Positions 1-13,245 are shown, numbered from the stretch's first letter. The stretch: DNA of 64,000 nucleotides from Hemiscyllium ocellatum (GCF_020745735.1 NC_083425.1:30553575-30617574), one strand, 5' to 3'. Numbers and translations are program-made. Notes: generated by a model not told the origin, from the letters alone.

Positions 1-94
1 TCTACAGCTGGAAAATGGCTTAGAATACTCTACCAGTGCAATGCACTGTTCACGGATTGTGCCTTTTTGATTCTGTGTTTTTTAGAACAAAGAA

Positions 95-335
95 GAAAGA
101 ACAAAGAAAATTACAGCACAGGACCAGGCCTGTCAGCCCTTCGAGCCTGCGCTAATCCAGATCCTCTATCTAAACATTTGCATATTTTCTAAGGATCTGT
201 ATCCCTTCGCTCCCTACCTATTCATGCAGCTGTCTAGATACATCTTAAATGACACTATCATGTCTGCCTCTACCACCTGGCAATGCGTTCCAGGCAGCTA
301 CCACCCTCTGCATAAATAACTTTCCACACGTAACC
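95..335 (-). mobile_element. CR1 LINE 3' end fragment
   Basis: Reverse complement of the CR1 ORF2 end (..WNALP..) and 3' UTR with an agaacaa-type tail. Confidence 0.7.
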
Positions 336-1594
336 TGAAACCTATAACAAGTATTGTCTTCACATAACCGTTTGACAAACAGCAATTGAAATTATTGCAA
401 ATAATTTGGAGTTGGATGTTGTGTAGATGGAGGTGGGTGGCTACAATTGGTTGAGTGGTCTATGCGCTAGTGACCAGTTACTGTTGACAAAGGCTTCTGT
501 TGTCAACAATTGTATAACTTAACAGCTGAGAACAAGTTACAGAGAAGTGGTTTATGATCTACCAATTCAAGTGTGTTTGTCAGTTATCTGCAATCAAAAC
601 TCAACTAAAACCTAAAGAAAATCTTTCATTCAGTAGTTGCTATTGAAAAAAAAGTCCACAGAGGCCGCTTTCTCCTTACCAAGTTACCCTTTCTTTATAT
701 ATGGAAAGTTCTTGACATTGATCGTTTCCTCAGAGCAAGCTCTCAGAGTGAGCAGAACCTCTGACCTGAGGTGTCACTTTCAGGGTACAATGGACCTGAA
801 CATCCAGATCTCTCTGTACATCAATTGTCCCCAAGGCTTTTCCTAGAAGTTATTAGCTGATATGAGAAAGAACTGTTTCAAGAGCAGCATTTTTACATCT
901 ATCAGCCAGGGCTCCCTGATTGGACCAGGTTAACAGCCTCAATCAGGGGATTCATATTTTATGATGTTCACCTGGCTGACCTCATTACAATAACTATAGC
1001 TGTAAGCTGTGTTTTTTAGTTAATAAATTAGAATATTTTACAAGTGAACCAGATACCCTGCACCTTTTGGAAATCAGTGGATGCATTCAAAAACAGAAGC
1101 CAGGAAGAAGCTTTCAGATCAGCTACAATTAATTCAACAGAATTTGTGGACAAAGGCTACTGAGCTGTCTTTCAACATTTTCCCCTCTGTCCATGTCTTC
1201 CTTCTCTGTCTGTATATAGGGTAGTTAGTGTTTTAATTAATAGCATTATGTGCCAATAGTTTGAAACTGCTTTTCCAAAGCTAGGGCTTAATTACTTGTA
1301 ATCAATAGTAAATCTTGTTCAGTACAGTAATCCGGTCCTGCTTTCTGTCAACCCGAGTCTGAGATCAGGTAAATTGGGGAATATTGTGCACTTATTTTAA
1401 AATCTTTACCTTCTGTGATGGGTCTGGGAGACTGGGGCTGGATTTCCAGTATGTTACCCAAATGAGTCATGACAATTGTAATATTTGAGCCAGGAAAAGG
1501 CTGGTCTGATAGGAAGGATTTGCTTTTTGATGGAGAAGACACAAGAATCAATGTCACTTTGACTCCAGCTCCTCCCGGTCAAACAACATTAAAT

Positions 1595-3350
1595 TAAAAT
1601 AGATAAGTCCCCAGTGCTGAATGGGATTTATCCTTAGATTTTCTGGGAAGCTAGGGAGGAGATTGCAGAGCCTTTGGCTTCGATCTTATTGTTATTGTTG
1701 TCAACAGGAGTAGTGCCAGAAGACTGGAGGATAGCAAATATTGTTCCTTTGTTTAAGAAGGGCAGTCAGGACAACCCTGGTAATTATAGGCCAGTGAGCC
1801 TTACTTCAGGTGTGAGTAAGATTTTGGAAAAGTTTATAAGAGATAGGATTTATAATAATCTGGAAAGGAACAATTTGATTAGGGATAGTCAACACAGTCT
1901 TGTGAAATGTAAGTCATGCCTCACTAACCTTATTGTGTTCTTCGAGAAGCTGACAAAACAGGTGGTTGAAGGTAAAGTGGTTGTTGAGGTGTATATGGAC
2001 TTCAATAAGGTATATGATAAGGTTCCACACGGTAGGCTATTGCACAAAATACAGAGCTTTGGAACTGAAGGTGATTTAGCAGTTTGGATCAGCAATTGGC
2101 TAGCTAAAAAAAGACAGAGGGGGGTGGTGGTTGATGGGAAATGTCCATCCTGGAGCTCAGTTACCAGTGGTGTGCTGCAAGGATCTGTTTTTGGGCCACT
2201 GCTGTTTGTCATTTTTATAAATGATCTGGATGCGGGTGTCAAAGGATGGGTTAGTAAATTTGCAGATGACACTAAGGAAGGCAGAGTTGTGATTAGTGCC
2301 GAAGGATGTTGTGGGTTGCAGAGAGACATCGGTAAGATGCAGAGCTGGGCTAAGAAGTGGCAAATGGAATTTAATGTGGAAAAGTGAGGTGGTTCACTTC
2401 GGTAGAAATAACAGGAATGAAGAGTACTGGGCTAATGGTAAAATCCTTGGCAGTACAGATGAACAGAGAGATCACAGTGTCATGTTGCATAAATCCCTGA
2501 AAGTTGCCACCCAGGTTGATAGGTTTGTTAAGAAGGCATATAGTGTGTTGGCGCTTATTTATAGAGGGATTGAGTTTTGGAGCCATGCTTCAGCTGTACA
2601 AGACAATGGGCGAAAGTGAGGACTGCAGATGAGAGTCAAGATTAGAGTGGTGCTGGGAATGCACGGCAGATCAGGCAGCATCTGAGGAGCAGGAAAATTG
2701 ATGTTTCGGGCAGGAGCCCTTCATCATTCCTGATGAAGGGCTCCTGCCCGAAACATCAATTTCCTGTTCCTCGGATGATGCCTGATCTGCTGTGCTTTTC
2801 CAGCATCACTCTAACCTGTACAAGACACTGGTAAGGCTGCACCTGGAGTATTATGTGCAGTTCTGGTCACTGTATTATAGGGAGGATGTGGAAGCATCAG
2901 GAAAGGTTCAAAGGAGATTGATTAGGATTTTGCGTGGTATGGAAGGAAGGTCTTATGAGGAAAGGTTGAGGGAACTAAGGCTATTTTTGTTTGAGAGAAG
3001 AAGGTTGAGAGGTGACTTAATCAAGATGTTAAAGATAATCAGAGGGTTAGGTAGGGTGGGCAGTGAGAGACTTTTTCCTTGGATGGTGAAAGCTAGCAAG
3101 AGGAGACATAGCTTTAAATTGAGGGGTGAGAGATTTAGGACAGATGTTAGGGTAATAGGGGTGTGGAACGGCCTGCTTGCAACAGGAGTAGACTCGCTGA
3201 TATAAAGGGTGTTTAAATGGGCATTGGACGTACATATGGATAATAATGGAATGGTGTAGATTAGATGGGTATCAGATTATTTTCACAGATTGGTGCAACA
3301 TTGACGGCCAAAGGGCCTGTACTGCCCTATAACATTCAATGTTCTATGTT
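1595..3350 (+). mobile_element. 5'-truncated CR1 LINE (RT pseudogene), interrupted by a PLE hairpin at 2610-2815
   Basis: ORF 1674-2387 has PGNYRPVSLTS, YMDF.K.YDKVPH, QGSVFGPLLF and KFADD; the C-terminal part continues in ORF 2792-3205; CR1 3' UTR follows. Confidence 0.92.
2610..2815. mobile_element. PLE-terminus fold-back element with hammerhead motif and 16-bp TSD
   Basis: Arms about 2642-2726 and 2731-2814, loop TTCC. Flanks ctgtacaagaca(a/c)tgg at 2594-2609 and 2816-2831. CTGATGA at 2730, GAAA at 2750. Confidence 0.85.
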
Positions 3351-3562
3351 TTACGACTCATCATTGATTGGGGTATCAGCTAAAACTATTTGGAACTTGG
3401 ATAGTGCATCTCACCCATCTGAGTCCTAAAGTAACATTCAAAGTCCTTTGTAGATTGTTTATCTCTAACGAGCTCATCAAAGAGGTCCACTACTTGGGTC
3501 AGGTGGACACTTCTGACTTCCAGAGGTAAACCCTAAAAGATGTGCCAGTGGGCAGTATTGCA

Positions 3563-4333
3563 AAACCTGCGTCCACACTTTCCCTCTCACCTCCATCCAA
3601 AGTCTCAAAGGAGCCTTCCACATCCATTAAAGTTTCACCAATGTCATTTATCGTATCTGTTGCTCCTGATGCGGTCTCCTCTACATTGGAGAGACTGGAT
3701 GCCTTCTCACAGGGAACATCTCTGGGACGCCCGCATCAATCAACCCCAATGCCCCGTGGTCCAACACTTCAACTCCCCCTCCCACTCTGCCAAGGAAATG
3801 CAGGTCCTTGGCCTCCTCCACCACCGCTCCCTCACCACCCGACGCCTGGAGGAAGAATGTCTCATCTTCCGACTCGGAACACTTCAACTCCAGGGCATCA
3901 ATGTGGATTTCACCAGTTTCCTTATTTCCCCTCCCCCCACCTTATCCCAGTTCCAACCTTCCAGCTCAGCATCATCCTTAGGACCTGTCCTGCCTGCCAG
4001 TCTTCCTTCCCACCTACCCGCTCCACCTTCCCCTCTGACTTACCACATCCATCCCCACCCCCATCCACCCATTGTACTCTTTGCTAACTTCCCCCACCCT
4101 CCTCTCTGACCTATCATCTTCATCCCCACTCCCATCCACTGATTGTGCTCTTTGCTTTTCCCCCTCCCATTTATCTCTTCACCCTGAAGACTTGCAGCCT
4201 TCAGTGCTGATGAAGGGCTTTTGGCCGAAACATCAATTTTCCTACTCCCCAGATGCTGCCTGACCTGCCGTGCTTTTCCAGCACCATTCTAATCTAGACT
4301 CTGATTTTCAGCATTTGCAGTCCTCACTTTTGC
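3563..4333 (+). mobile_element. Penelope-like element 3' fragment (GIY-YIG endonuclease C-terminus, C-rich tract, hammerhead, tail)
   Basis: NVIYRICC..CGLLYIGET...REHL...VVQHFNSPSH...RRLEEECLIFRLGTL..GINVDF; CTGATGA at 4207, GAAA at 4227. Imperfect 18-bp TSD at 3545-3562 and 4334-4351. Confidence 0.85.
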
Positions 4334-5369
4334 CCAGTGAGCAGTATTACAGCATTGGTTGAAATGGGACAATAAGTCCAAACCCACTATTTCTAAAATG
4401 CCCTTATCTCCTAAGTGTGGGAAACTTTGAATTCTCCCTCATATACCTACTGTGTATTCTGGGCAGAACTGGGAAAATTACCAGTAATGTAGTAATTTCT
4501 GACATATTTGTACATACTTGAGTAAAATTACAAGTGGAGTAAACAACATCAATAAAAATGGCGCTCAATAGAAAGTAAAAAACAGCAAAGTGGGTATGTC
4601 AAATTACAACAATATTACTAGTGATGTATGGAGCCAATCAACTGAAAATATCATCTGACAATACTAATAATAAGCAAAAGATGGGAATACATTGTTTTAA
4701 GCTTTAAATCATTTTAAACTAATATTTTATCTTGCAAACTTTCTCAGCTGAAAATACTGGTGTTCAGAGCCGTAACAACAGAAATACATCAATTTCATTA
4801 AAAAATTCAGAACATTAATGAGTTTACATATTCAAAGCAATAAATAACATTGATTTGCTTGATAATATTTCATATACACATAAAGAAAACATAGACTGTG
4901 ACACCAGCAGATTTGACAGGAAGAGGGTGAATATACAAAGATTATTTATTAATACTCTATTCTGACTTTTTTTTCTCATTCTTTAAGATGAATATTTAAT
5001 TTCAATACTGTACATTTGGTCTGGCAATCCTGTATAAATTGTCACATATAATGAACAGTAGGTAGTGCTGTCTCCTAACTTCATCAGCAACTGTATGTTC
5101 CAAAAGCCTTGCTCTCATCAGCTGACTGTGAACCAAGACACAAGCAATCTACATATATTCACAATAATTTATTACAACGCACGACAGTGTGACGTAAGTG
5201 TATATCTGTGGGCTAGTCTATTAAGTTGCAAACAGACAATTAAATCAATTTATGTTTACTGCTGACGTCCTACGTTTTAATTTTCCCTCATATGCTTTGA
5301 TAATGGTTGCAGATGGATTGCACCTCGAATAGCAAAATTGACTATAGAGGAGTTAGCACAAGCACTAGC

Positions 5370-6360
5370 ATGCATTTGTAAAAATTCAGTCGAAAAGAGA
5401 ATACTTCCAGAGGACTGGCAGATTGCAAATGCAATTCATTACTTCAAAAGCTGAGATTGAACTAATTCAGCAAACCATGAATCAGCTGGCTTAACATCTT
5501 TGCTAAAAGATGAGATAACAATACATCTAAAGCCAGACATAGTTAAAAAAAGTTAGCATGGATTAGAATAACAGACAGTGTAGATGAGGCAATCCAATGC
5601 ATATGATAACAGGCACTTAGAGAAGTGTTGATTTGATGCCATTTTAAAGACTAATGACAAAGTCATGTGGAATCAGGCATCATGCAGAATAGATTGAAAG
5701 GTGGTTACAAAATAGATAACAGGGATAAATGTCATGGGAAGCTTTCCATATTGGCAGTAAGTGGGAAGTAGTGTCCATAGAGATTTGTGCTGGAACAATT
5801 GTTAGCTTCCGATGAATGCATTGGATTCAAATTTTGGAGCTACAGTATAAAAATTGGAAGATTATACTAATTCAAGAATATAGTAATAAATGAGTTTGTA
5901 AATTATGAGGATAAATGGCAAATGGTGTACAGTATTGCAAAGTGTGAGTTTGTCCATTGTGGTGGGAGAAACTATTTATTCCTTGGGAAAAGAAAATCGA
6001 AGATTGTCGCAAAAAGATCTGGAAACTCAGTACTATAAATAAGAAAAAGTAGCAGTGTGTATTGACACAGCCATAAAATGTACAAAGAAGGCACGGCTGT
6101 TCCTTTCTAGAATAAACAAATACAAAAGCAGTGAGGTATTATTACAGTTCTATTGAATTTTGGTTAGAACTCATTTGGATTATTGTAGAGAATTTCTGTT
6201 TACAAAGGATATTGAAATAGTACAGAAAGTACACACGAGGTTGACCAGAAATGAGAAGATGAATCAATTAAGACAGATTTAGCTGGCTGAGTCTTTTGTT
6301 TGGAAGAGAACAAGATGTGACTAAGAGACGTCATTAATATATGAAGGATTCATATTATGC
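5370..6360 (+). mobile_element. Old, highly degraded CR1 RT fragment
   Basis: Remnants of PEDWQIAN, KWQM, CE.VH.G and LVR.HL.YC motifs in broken frames. Confidence 0.6.
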
Positions 6361-6634
6361 CGTGGAGTACAGAATGGGAATTTCCCATTTTTTGGAGTGT
6401 TTCTTGGACTGAAGTTCATGCTTGTCCGCCAGGTCACATGAGGACTTTTCTCACATCATTTTCGCTCTTCATATCAATAATTATGCAATCAGCTCCTACA
6501 GTGCCTGAGTGGTAGGGCTTTACAACATTCACGCTGTTGGCACCATCTTTATATCATAGCTCAGGAACTCTTCATAGACTATAAGCCAGGACCTGATCCT
6601 CATAATGTAGTCCTGCTTTGTCATCCCCAAGGAA

Positions 6635-6801
6635 ATGGCAAAGTTACTTGATTTTATTGACAGGATCCTGAAGGTGCTGGTGGAGCGGGGTGCAGTGCTG
6701 TATGCTGCTGACTGGCAAAAGAGGTTATATCACCAGCGAAGCTGGACCAAATCACTGCATTATCTCAGGTCCAGCAGTGCAGGAGGAAAGTCAAATATCT
6801 T
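6635..6801 (+). pseudogene. Degenerate Myb/SANT-like (NAIF1-type) domain, probably a PIF/Harbinger transposon remnant
   Basis: F.D..L.VLVE...VLY..D..KR....W followed, after a frameshift, by QQCRRKVKYL at 6772-6801, resembling the W...C.KK..DL motif. Confidence 0.45.
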
Positions 6802-7483
6802 CCACTGCACACAGTGGCTCACCAATACTCATGGAATACCAGTCCAACTGATATATACATCAATTTTGTTCAACAACTCTCAGCCAGCTCATCCTCCCAA
6901 GCTACTAATCCTTCCTGGCCCTCACACTTCCGACTGACTCATTGGGGACACCTCAGCAACTTTCCTGCTCCCCATCATACTCAATATCTCCTTTGTTTCA
7001 CTGTAGGAAACATTGGCCCAACCCAGGTTGACATTTCCACAGCAACCTGACTGATCTACCTGTATTTCTTGACTTGCAGGACTGACTGTGGTGGAACCCC
7101 CATAGTCCCCCTTGACGTCACTAAGAATTAGACCATTTTATTTTCAGACATGGCCATTTGGTTGAAGCAATTACAGTGGAACTTGGTGCCACATGCAGTA
7201 GGTGTGCCATGGATGCACCGTCCAGCAACAAGTCCACCTCCTTGAATCTCTGAGTGGTGATTAGCTGCCTGACTCTCCCTTGGCAACAAAAGACTGGCAA
7301 CCTCCAAGCATGCACAAAGTTAAATGAGTGCTAAAAAATAAGCTAAGAGCTATAAAATGCATCCTGTGTAGATGCATGCGATGTGTGTGTCTCTGCACAC
7401 AAAGTGACCTGCAGATGTATCCAAATCAATATGCCCTTGAGCTGCAAAGAGATTTCTTGAAAGATGGAATTAATATCTGATTT

Positions 7484-7824
7484 CATAGAACCCCTACAGT
7501 ACAGATAGAAACCATTTGTCCCATTGACAGTCTACACTTACACTCCAAAAAGCATCCCATCCAGATCCCCTGTAACCCTACATTTACCATCACCAATCCA
7601 TCCAATCTGTACGTCCCTAGTCACTATGGTGTACTTGAGCATGGCCAATCCATCTAACCTGCACTTCTTTGGACTGTGGGAGGGAACTAGAGCACCCATA
7701 GAAACCAGTGCAGACGTAGGGAGAATGTGTAACTGCACACAGACAGTTGCCCAAGGTTATAATCAAACCTGGGTCCTTGGTGCTGTGAAACAGCAGTGCT
7801 GACCACTGAGCCACCATGCCACCC
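7484..7824 (-). mobile_element. HE1/V-type tRNA-derived SINE
   Basis: Minus strand reads GGGTGGCATGGTGGCTCAGTGGTCAGCACTGCTG (box A), then the V-domain core (ctcccacagtccaaaga) and a CR1-like tail. Confidence 0.85.
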
Positions 7825-8307
7825 TATATATTTAGTCCAACAGAAGGCATAATGACGTGATGAGTCTGTTGGTTTGCTAATGATGCTGACTCACGTGAAT
7901 GAAGAATGCAAGAAGAGTTAGACCACGGAGTATGTGGTGAAGACAGGGTTCAATGGAGGCAGAATGAAGAAACAAACAGTGAATTCATGTCAGGAATTGG
8001 CACCATCCAGTCTCTCAGGAAATCTGCCTGGAAATGGGACTTTTCATGAAAATGCAATTGGATGGAAAAAGGCAATTGGCACTCATAAGCAAGATTCTAG
8101 ATCCACCTTTCAAACCTTAAAGGAAAACTTGTTTTTCTCTCTAGACATTGAGACTTTGATTTTTTTTATGTTTTGCTATATTTTCCCACATTTCTCATCA
8201 TTGCCTGCACCAAGCAGGGCAGCAGAAAATTCCATTTATGGGCAGATCCATTGCAAGTGACATAAACATAAAATAATAGCTACCCAGACTAACATATTTG
8301 GGTGAAG

Positions 8308-8422
8308 CAAAAGCAGAAGTTGCTGGAAAAGCCCAGCATGTCTGGCAGCATTAGAGAAGAGAAATCAAACTTAATGTTTCAGGTCTGGCGACACTTCCTC
8401 AGAAGGGTTGATTTTCATTTAG
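8308..8422 (-). mobile_element. Short PLE-terminus element (second family) with hammerhead motif and 13-bp TSD
   Basis: Minus strand CTGAGGA-agtgtcgccagacct-GAAA-catt. Flanks tattt(g/a)ggtgaag at 8295-8307 and 8423-8435. Confidence 0.65.
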
Positions 8423-8784
8423 TATTTAGGTGAAGTTGCTTTGTACAGAGAGTGGTGAGAATGTCAAAGCTGTTCCAACAAGGAATTGTTGGTCAATATT
8501 ATTGATATGTTTAAAGGTAGTCTTGATTCTTACATGAGAGGAAAGGTATTTGGAAAATATGGGAGCCGCGTGGGAGAAAATACAGCAAAATAAAACCTAT
8601 AAAAAATAAAACACCAGTTTCAAGCATTTAGGTTGAAGGGCCTGACTCTGTGGGATAGATTGTATGAAGTATATGCTTACAGGCCCCATTTGTTCACTAT
8701 TTTAAAAAATTGATATAAATGTTTAAATGGCCTTTACAAGAAGTTAACAATACTAAAAATGCAACATATTGGGTAGTATCCATA

Positions 8785-9075
8785 AAATAGAATCATACAG
8801 CATGAAAACAGACCATTTGGTCCAATTAGTCCACATCAACCATGTTACCAAACCAACTTATTCCCACTTGCCTGCATTTGGCCTATATCCCTCCAAACCT
8901 TTTCTATTCATGCAATTATCCAAATATCTTTTAAATGTAGTAACTGTACTTGCATCCATCACCTCCTCTGGCAGTTCATTCCACATACAAATCACTCTCT
9001 GTGTTAAAAAGTTACCCATTATGTCCTTTCTAAATCAATCTCCTCTCACCTTAAAACTATACCCCATTGTTTTGA
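8785..9075 (-). mobile_element. CR1 3' end fragment
   Basis: Reverse complement of ..FLTQRVICMWNELPEEV.. plus 3' UTR. Confidence 0.8.
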
Positions 9076-9740
9076 GCTTTAGCTTTCTCTTCTTTTGATA
9101 GTTATTTCTTCACAGCATTTAATTAGACCAGTGCATATTATAGAGCCAGCACTTATACAAATGCAAACATTTAATATTAAAATGATGCTCTGGAGGATAA
9201 TCAAACCAAGACTGTAGAGTGTGTTGCTCAGATTGTAAACCCATTGGAAGAGATCTGAACAGCAATCACATAAGGACAGTGCACCATTTATGTAGCATAA
9301 CCAGTTTCCCTTCAAAGGTATATCGAAAATTAATTGACATTAGTAGTTGGTGGAAAATGAATAATTGGCATCAGTTCACACAAAAGCTTTTAAGAATTTA
9401 AGTGCTGAACAGAAAATTATCAAGCAAAAAAACAGTAATGAAAAGTTGTTGAAAATTTGGTATACAGGCATGAAAAATACTCAGTAAGTATTGAAATGAA
9501 TTAACTACTTGTTTGAGGTGACACTTCTGCTCTCTCAGGTTCCACTCACATTGGGATGCAAACCTGTTGTATTTGCAACAGGGCAGACTTTGTGCAAATT
9601 GCCCTGTAATAATTTCCTCGTGGAAAATTCTGATCAGATCATAGTATAGTATCAGCATTTCATTCCTCAATTTATTATCATTTCAAGTTCTATTAATCTT
9701 ATTGTTGCTTCAAGATCATTTAACATATTAAGTATTTAAT

Positions 9741-10047
9741 CATAGAATCCCAACAGTGTGAAAGCAGGCCATTCAGCCCATCAAATCACACAGACCCTTT
9801 AAAGAGCATCCCACCCAGATCTACCTTCACCCTGTATTTCCCATGACTAATCCACCGACTAATCCCAGGACACAATTTACTATTGCCAATCCACCTACTC
9901 TGCACATCTTTGGACTGTGGGAGGAAACCGGAGCACCCAGAGAAAACCCACACAGACATAGGGAGAATGTGCAAATTCCACCCAGATAGTCGCCCAAGAG
10001 TGGAATCGAATCCAGGTCCCTGATGCAGTGCTAAGCACTGAGCCACC
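9741..10047 (-). mobile_element. HE1/V-type tRNA SINE
   Basis: Same core as the 7484 and 23618 copies (ggactgtgggaggaaaccggagcacc). Confidence 0.85.
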
Positions 10048-10399
10048 TTATTGACCTATTAATCTGTTGTCATCCAAATGTTTCTTTACTTTCAGCTGGT
10101 AATTTGATTTGAGGTAAAACGTGAATTTGACTTGTACATGAGAGCTTTCACTGTAGAATGTGATAGAACTGCTTTAAAATAGAACATATGCTGGTGCTTG
10201 AAACCAAAAGAGAAAATACTGGAAAATCTCAGCAGGTCTGTCAGCATCTGTAAGGAGAGAATCCAGCATCCGCAGTAATTTGCTTTTATCAGGTATTATT
10301 TTATATATATGCTGGTGCTTGGTCTGGTGGCAGCACCAAATATACTGCAATACAGTGATGTTCAGTGATAAAATACTACACCTCAATTGAAATGTCTCG

Positions 10400-12112
10400 A
10401 TCCCCCTTCAGTTTATGTTAACAACTTTGGTATTTAATTTTTCAGTTTTGTACAGACGGTCCAGCCAGATGCAAGATTTATAGTGAGTGGGCTGTCCTGT
10501 GCATGTATTCTTTGAGTTGGATTTTATCCCACTTCTTTGGAGTGGGAGCAATATTTCAGGAGTGCTGCATTGTGATTTATAAGATTATAACAGCTCATTT
10601 GCTGTTCAGTAATTTAAAATGAAAAGCGATGTTGAATGCACAGTGTATAATAATAGAAAATATGCCAGTTTTAAAATCAAACATTTGCTCACCTTGTGTC
10701 CTATTTAAATAATGTGCTGCCATAAAACTAACTTTACACTCTGCTAATTAGATTAGAAACATTAGCAACATTAAATATTGTAATTCCTACTTCCTAGCAA
10801 AGCTAAATGGCAGTTTCTCATTCATTGAGCTTCCCCATGAGAAAAAGTATTGAAATTGCAGGCCTTGAAACTGTATTAGGAATAACAGACATGAGTGCTT
10901 CATGCATTTGTCTGAAATACCTCTGTCTGCTATTTTAGTGGCAGCAAATGGGTTGCACTGCTACTAAATTAACAGACTTAGGAACTTCAGATGACCATTC
11001 ATAGTTATTTTCCAACAGCATAATTTTAATATCATTGAAATTTTCATCTCAGTGCTCCATTATTACAAGTTACTTCACTATCTGATACAAAGATATCCTT
11101 TTCAGAGGCCATAAATATAAATGACGCAGATTTTGCAAGAGTATGTATGCAGTTCAAATAGATCAGACATTAATAGATACCCTTCAATAAGCTTTCACCA
11201 TATTTATTTCATATTTATGAACATGTTTAGAAGAGTTCTCAGTGAAACCACAGCACCAATGTTGTGGCTAAGTCATTTGAGGAATCAATTTTGATGTCTT
11301 CTATCAAACATTTTTTTCATGCTGTGTTATTAGAATAAGTGATTGATTGTGTTGTCATTCAGATTTATTCAGAAACTGGCATTTTTACTCCTCCAGGGCT
11401 TTATGATGTAAAATTACAGCAATTGAGCAACAAATCATTTTGAACTTTATAAATATTAGAGTTTGTAAGATTTGTTTGCTGCATCAATTCATTTGTCCAG
11501 AATAACGATGCATGCAGAATAAAAAGCAAATTTAGATTAACTGAATACTTGAGTTGCACTTCTGCACTGAATCCAAAAAAAGTTACCAATGGTCTCATTA
11601 TGTTCGGTACCTTTGTGCACGTAACAAATAGAACAAAACTTGGAATGGAGAAAATCCCCTAATTTACAGGTTTCTAGCTTAAATAAAAGCATCTATAACT
11701 ATATTTAATAATAAGGAACTCTTGTTTCTTGACACAAATATTTATTCTGAATCATTGATAACCACAGGAGCGGTCTGAAACATTGTTTAAACATGGAGGT
11801 GTATAAGTTAAAAACAAGTTCACATGGACTTTTTATTTGCATGCAACAAAAGCAAACACTTGAAGAAACTTAAACTAGATCACAGGTTAGATATTGCCTG
11901 TTCAAGTATAGTTTTCCTTTTCTTTTATCAAGGTAACCTGTGTGGGAATACTCTTGGAGATTTTCCTCAGTTTCTTCACTATTTCTCTTGGAGAAATGTG
12001 TCCATCATGTGGTTTTTGGATTGGATGGAAGCGCTGATGGGTCATTACATCATTAGGATAGTCAGGTTTCTTTTTTTTTAAACCAGTCTTCATGCTTAAA
12101 AAGCTCAAAAAT
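10400..12112 (-). other. MGAT5B: Putative MGAT5B 3' UTR (extent unknown)
   Basis: AT-rich stretch after the stop with no recognisable repeats. Candidate minus-strand AATAAA (TTTATT on +) at about 11832, 11741 and 11363. Confidence 0.35.
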
Positions 12113-12311
12113 TCACAAACAACCTTTACAGAGTGCCACTTGTCCCTTGCGAAAGTCTCTGCAGGGACAGAGTCGTCTATATTTCGGGTGATGGCCTGCA
12201 CAGCTGAACAGCAGGATCTGCTTCTGAAGGTAACAGTCCTGAGCGATTTCCTCAAAGGCAGGATAGAGATGGTTAGCCTCAGACTCAATGCTGTCACAGA
12301 CAAAATTGAAC
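12113..12311 (-). CDS. MGAT5B: MGAT5B last coding exon: (K)FNFVCDSIESEANHLYPAFEEIAQDCYLQKQILLFSCAGHHPKYRRLCPCRDFRKGQVALCKGCL*
   Basis: Characteristic C-terminus LFSCAG...RRLCPCRDFRKGQVALC.GCL-stop. Its first nucleotide completes the AAG codon begun by the upstream exon. TGA at 12113-12115. Confidence 0.96.
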
Positions 12312-12958
12312 CTATTGAATTGGAAATAAAAACAAAATCTTCAGATTCAAAGGTTTTAATATTTGTTATAATTCATTACACAATGTTCTTCTGGAAGAAG
12401 AAAAACATTTTTTAACTAACATTTGTATTAAAGCAGGAAATGGAAAAAATCCACTTCTCACCTTATAACCAATGAGAGACATCTGAAGGAGATAAACAAT
12501 GCTGATAAAAGTAATTTGAACAAAATATCATTAGCATAGTACTCATCGAAACTAACCTCAGAAAATGATTTGTATCATGCAACATTGACTTGTGTTGGGA
12601 CTAGCAAATTACACATGATAAATGTAGTTATTAACATACTGAAATCTGCTAACCGATGCATATTTAATTCTTTACACATATAAATATCTGTAATCTTAAT
12701 GCACTCTTATTTCCAAACCTGGTGAAGATCCAATCTATATTGTACAGATTTTCAGATGCTCTGGCAAGACTTTACTTCTGGATTTCATGCTAGCCATATT
12801 TCCAGTGTTGGTAAGCGTGCCAAGTATCTGTTAATCATGCTATCAATCCAGCACAGTTCTAGTACTCAGCCCCTAGTCTCTAGGTCACTTCTCATTTGTC
12901 TTAGCTAATTTGTCCAAGACAATGTATCCAATTTTTTGTTTATTTAATATTTCAGTCT

Positions 12959-13095
12959 TTGTGACAAAGGGTCACTGGACTTGAAATGCTAACTGTGTTT
13001 CTCTCTATCTACAGATACTCCCAGACCTGCTGAGTTTCTCTAGCACGATCAGTTCATGTTTCACATCTCCAGCATGTGTAGTTCTTTGTTTTATT
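12959..13095 (+). mobile_element. Degraded short PLE-terminus element (second family)
   Basis: gtgacaaagggtcactggacttgaaatgctaac...cagacctgctgagtttctc..; similar to the 22404 and 46081 copies. Confidence 0.55.
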
Positions 13096-13099
13096 TTGA

Positions 13100-13245
13100 T
13101 GCCAGCTGTGACTCAGTTGATAATTTTCTTATCTCTGAGCCATGAGGTCCTGGTTTCATGTCCGAGTGCAAGGAATGCTGAACCGTCAAAAGTGGTATCT
13201 TCCAGATGAAATGATAGACTCAGACCTAATCTGCCAGCTTAGTTA
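13100..13245 (+). mobile_element. Deu-domain SINE 5' part (SacSINE-like)
   Basis: tRNA-like head (ctgtgactcagttg...gtcctggtttcatgtcc) followed by Deu-like sequence. Confidence 0.45.

Noticed and set aside
860-1475. LTR-like remnants ending ...cattaca and ...catgaca
   Set aside because: No paired LTR, PBS/PPT, TSD or coding remnant visible; cannot be supported without a repeat library.
1889-2329. Antisense ORFs over CR1 RT (also 36019-36405 and 56088-56354)
   Set aside because: Common antisense open frames of LINE coding sequence; no independent evidence.
11902-12415. ORFs 11902-12303(-) and 12092-12415(+) as separate genes
   Set aside because: They are shifted or antisense frames over the real MGAT5B last exon, with no recognisable motifs.
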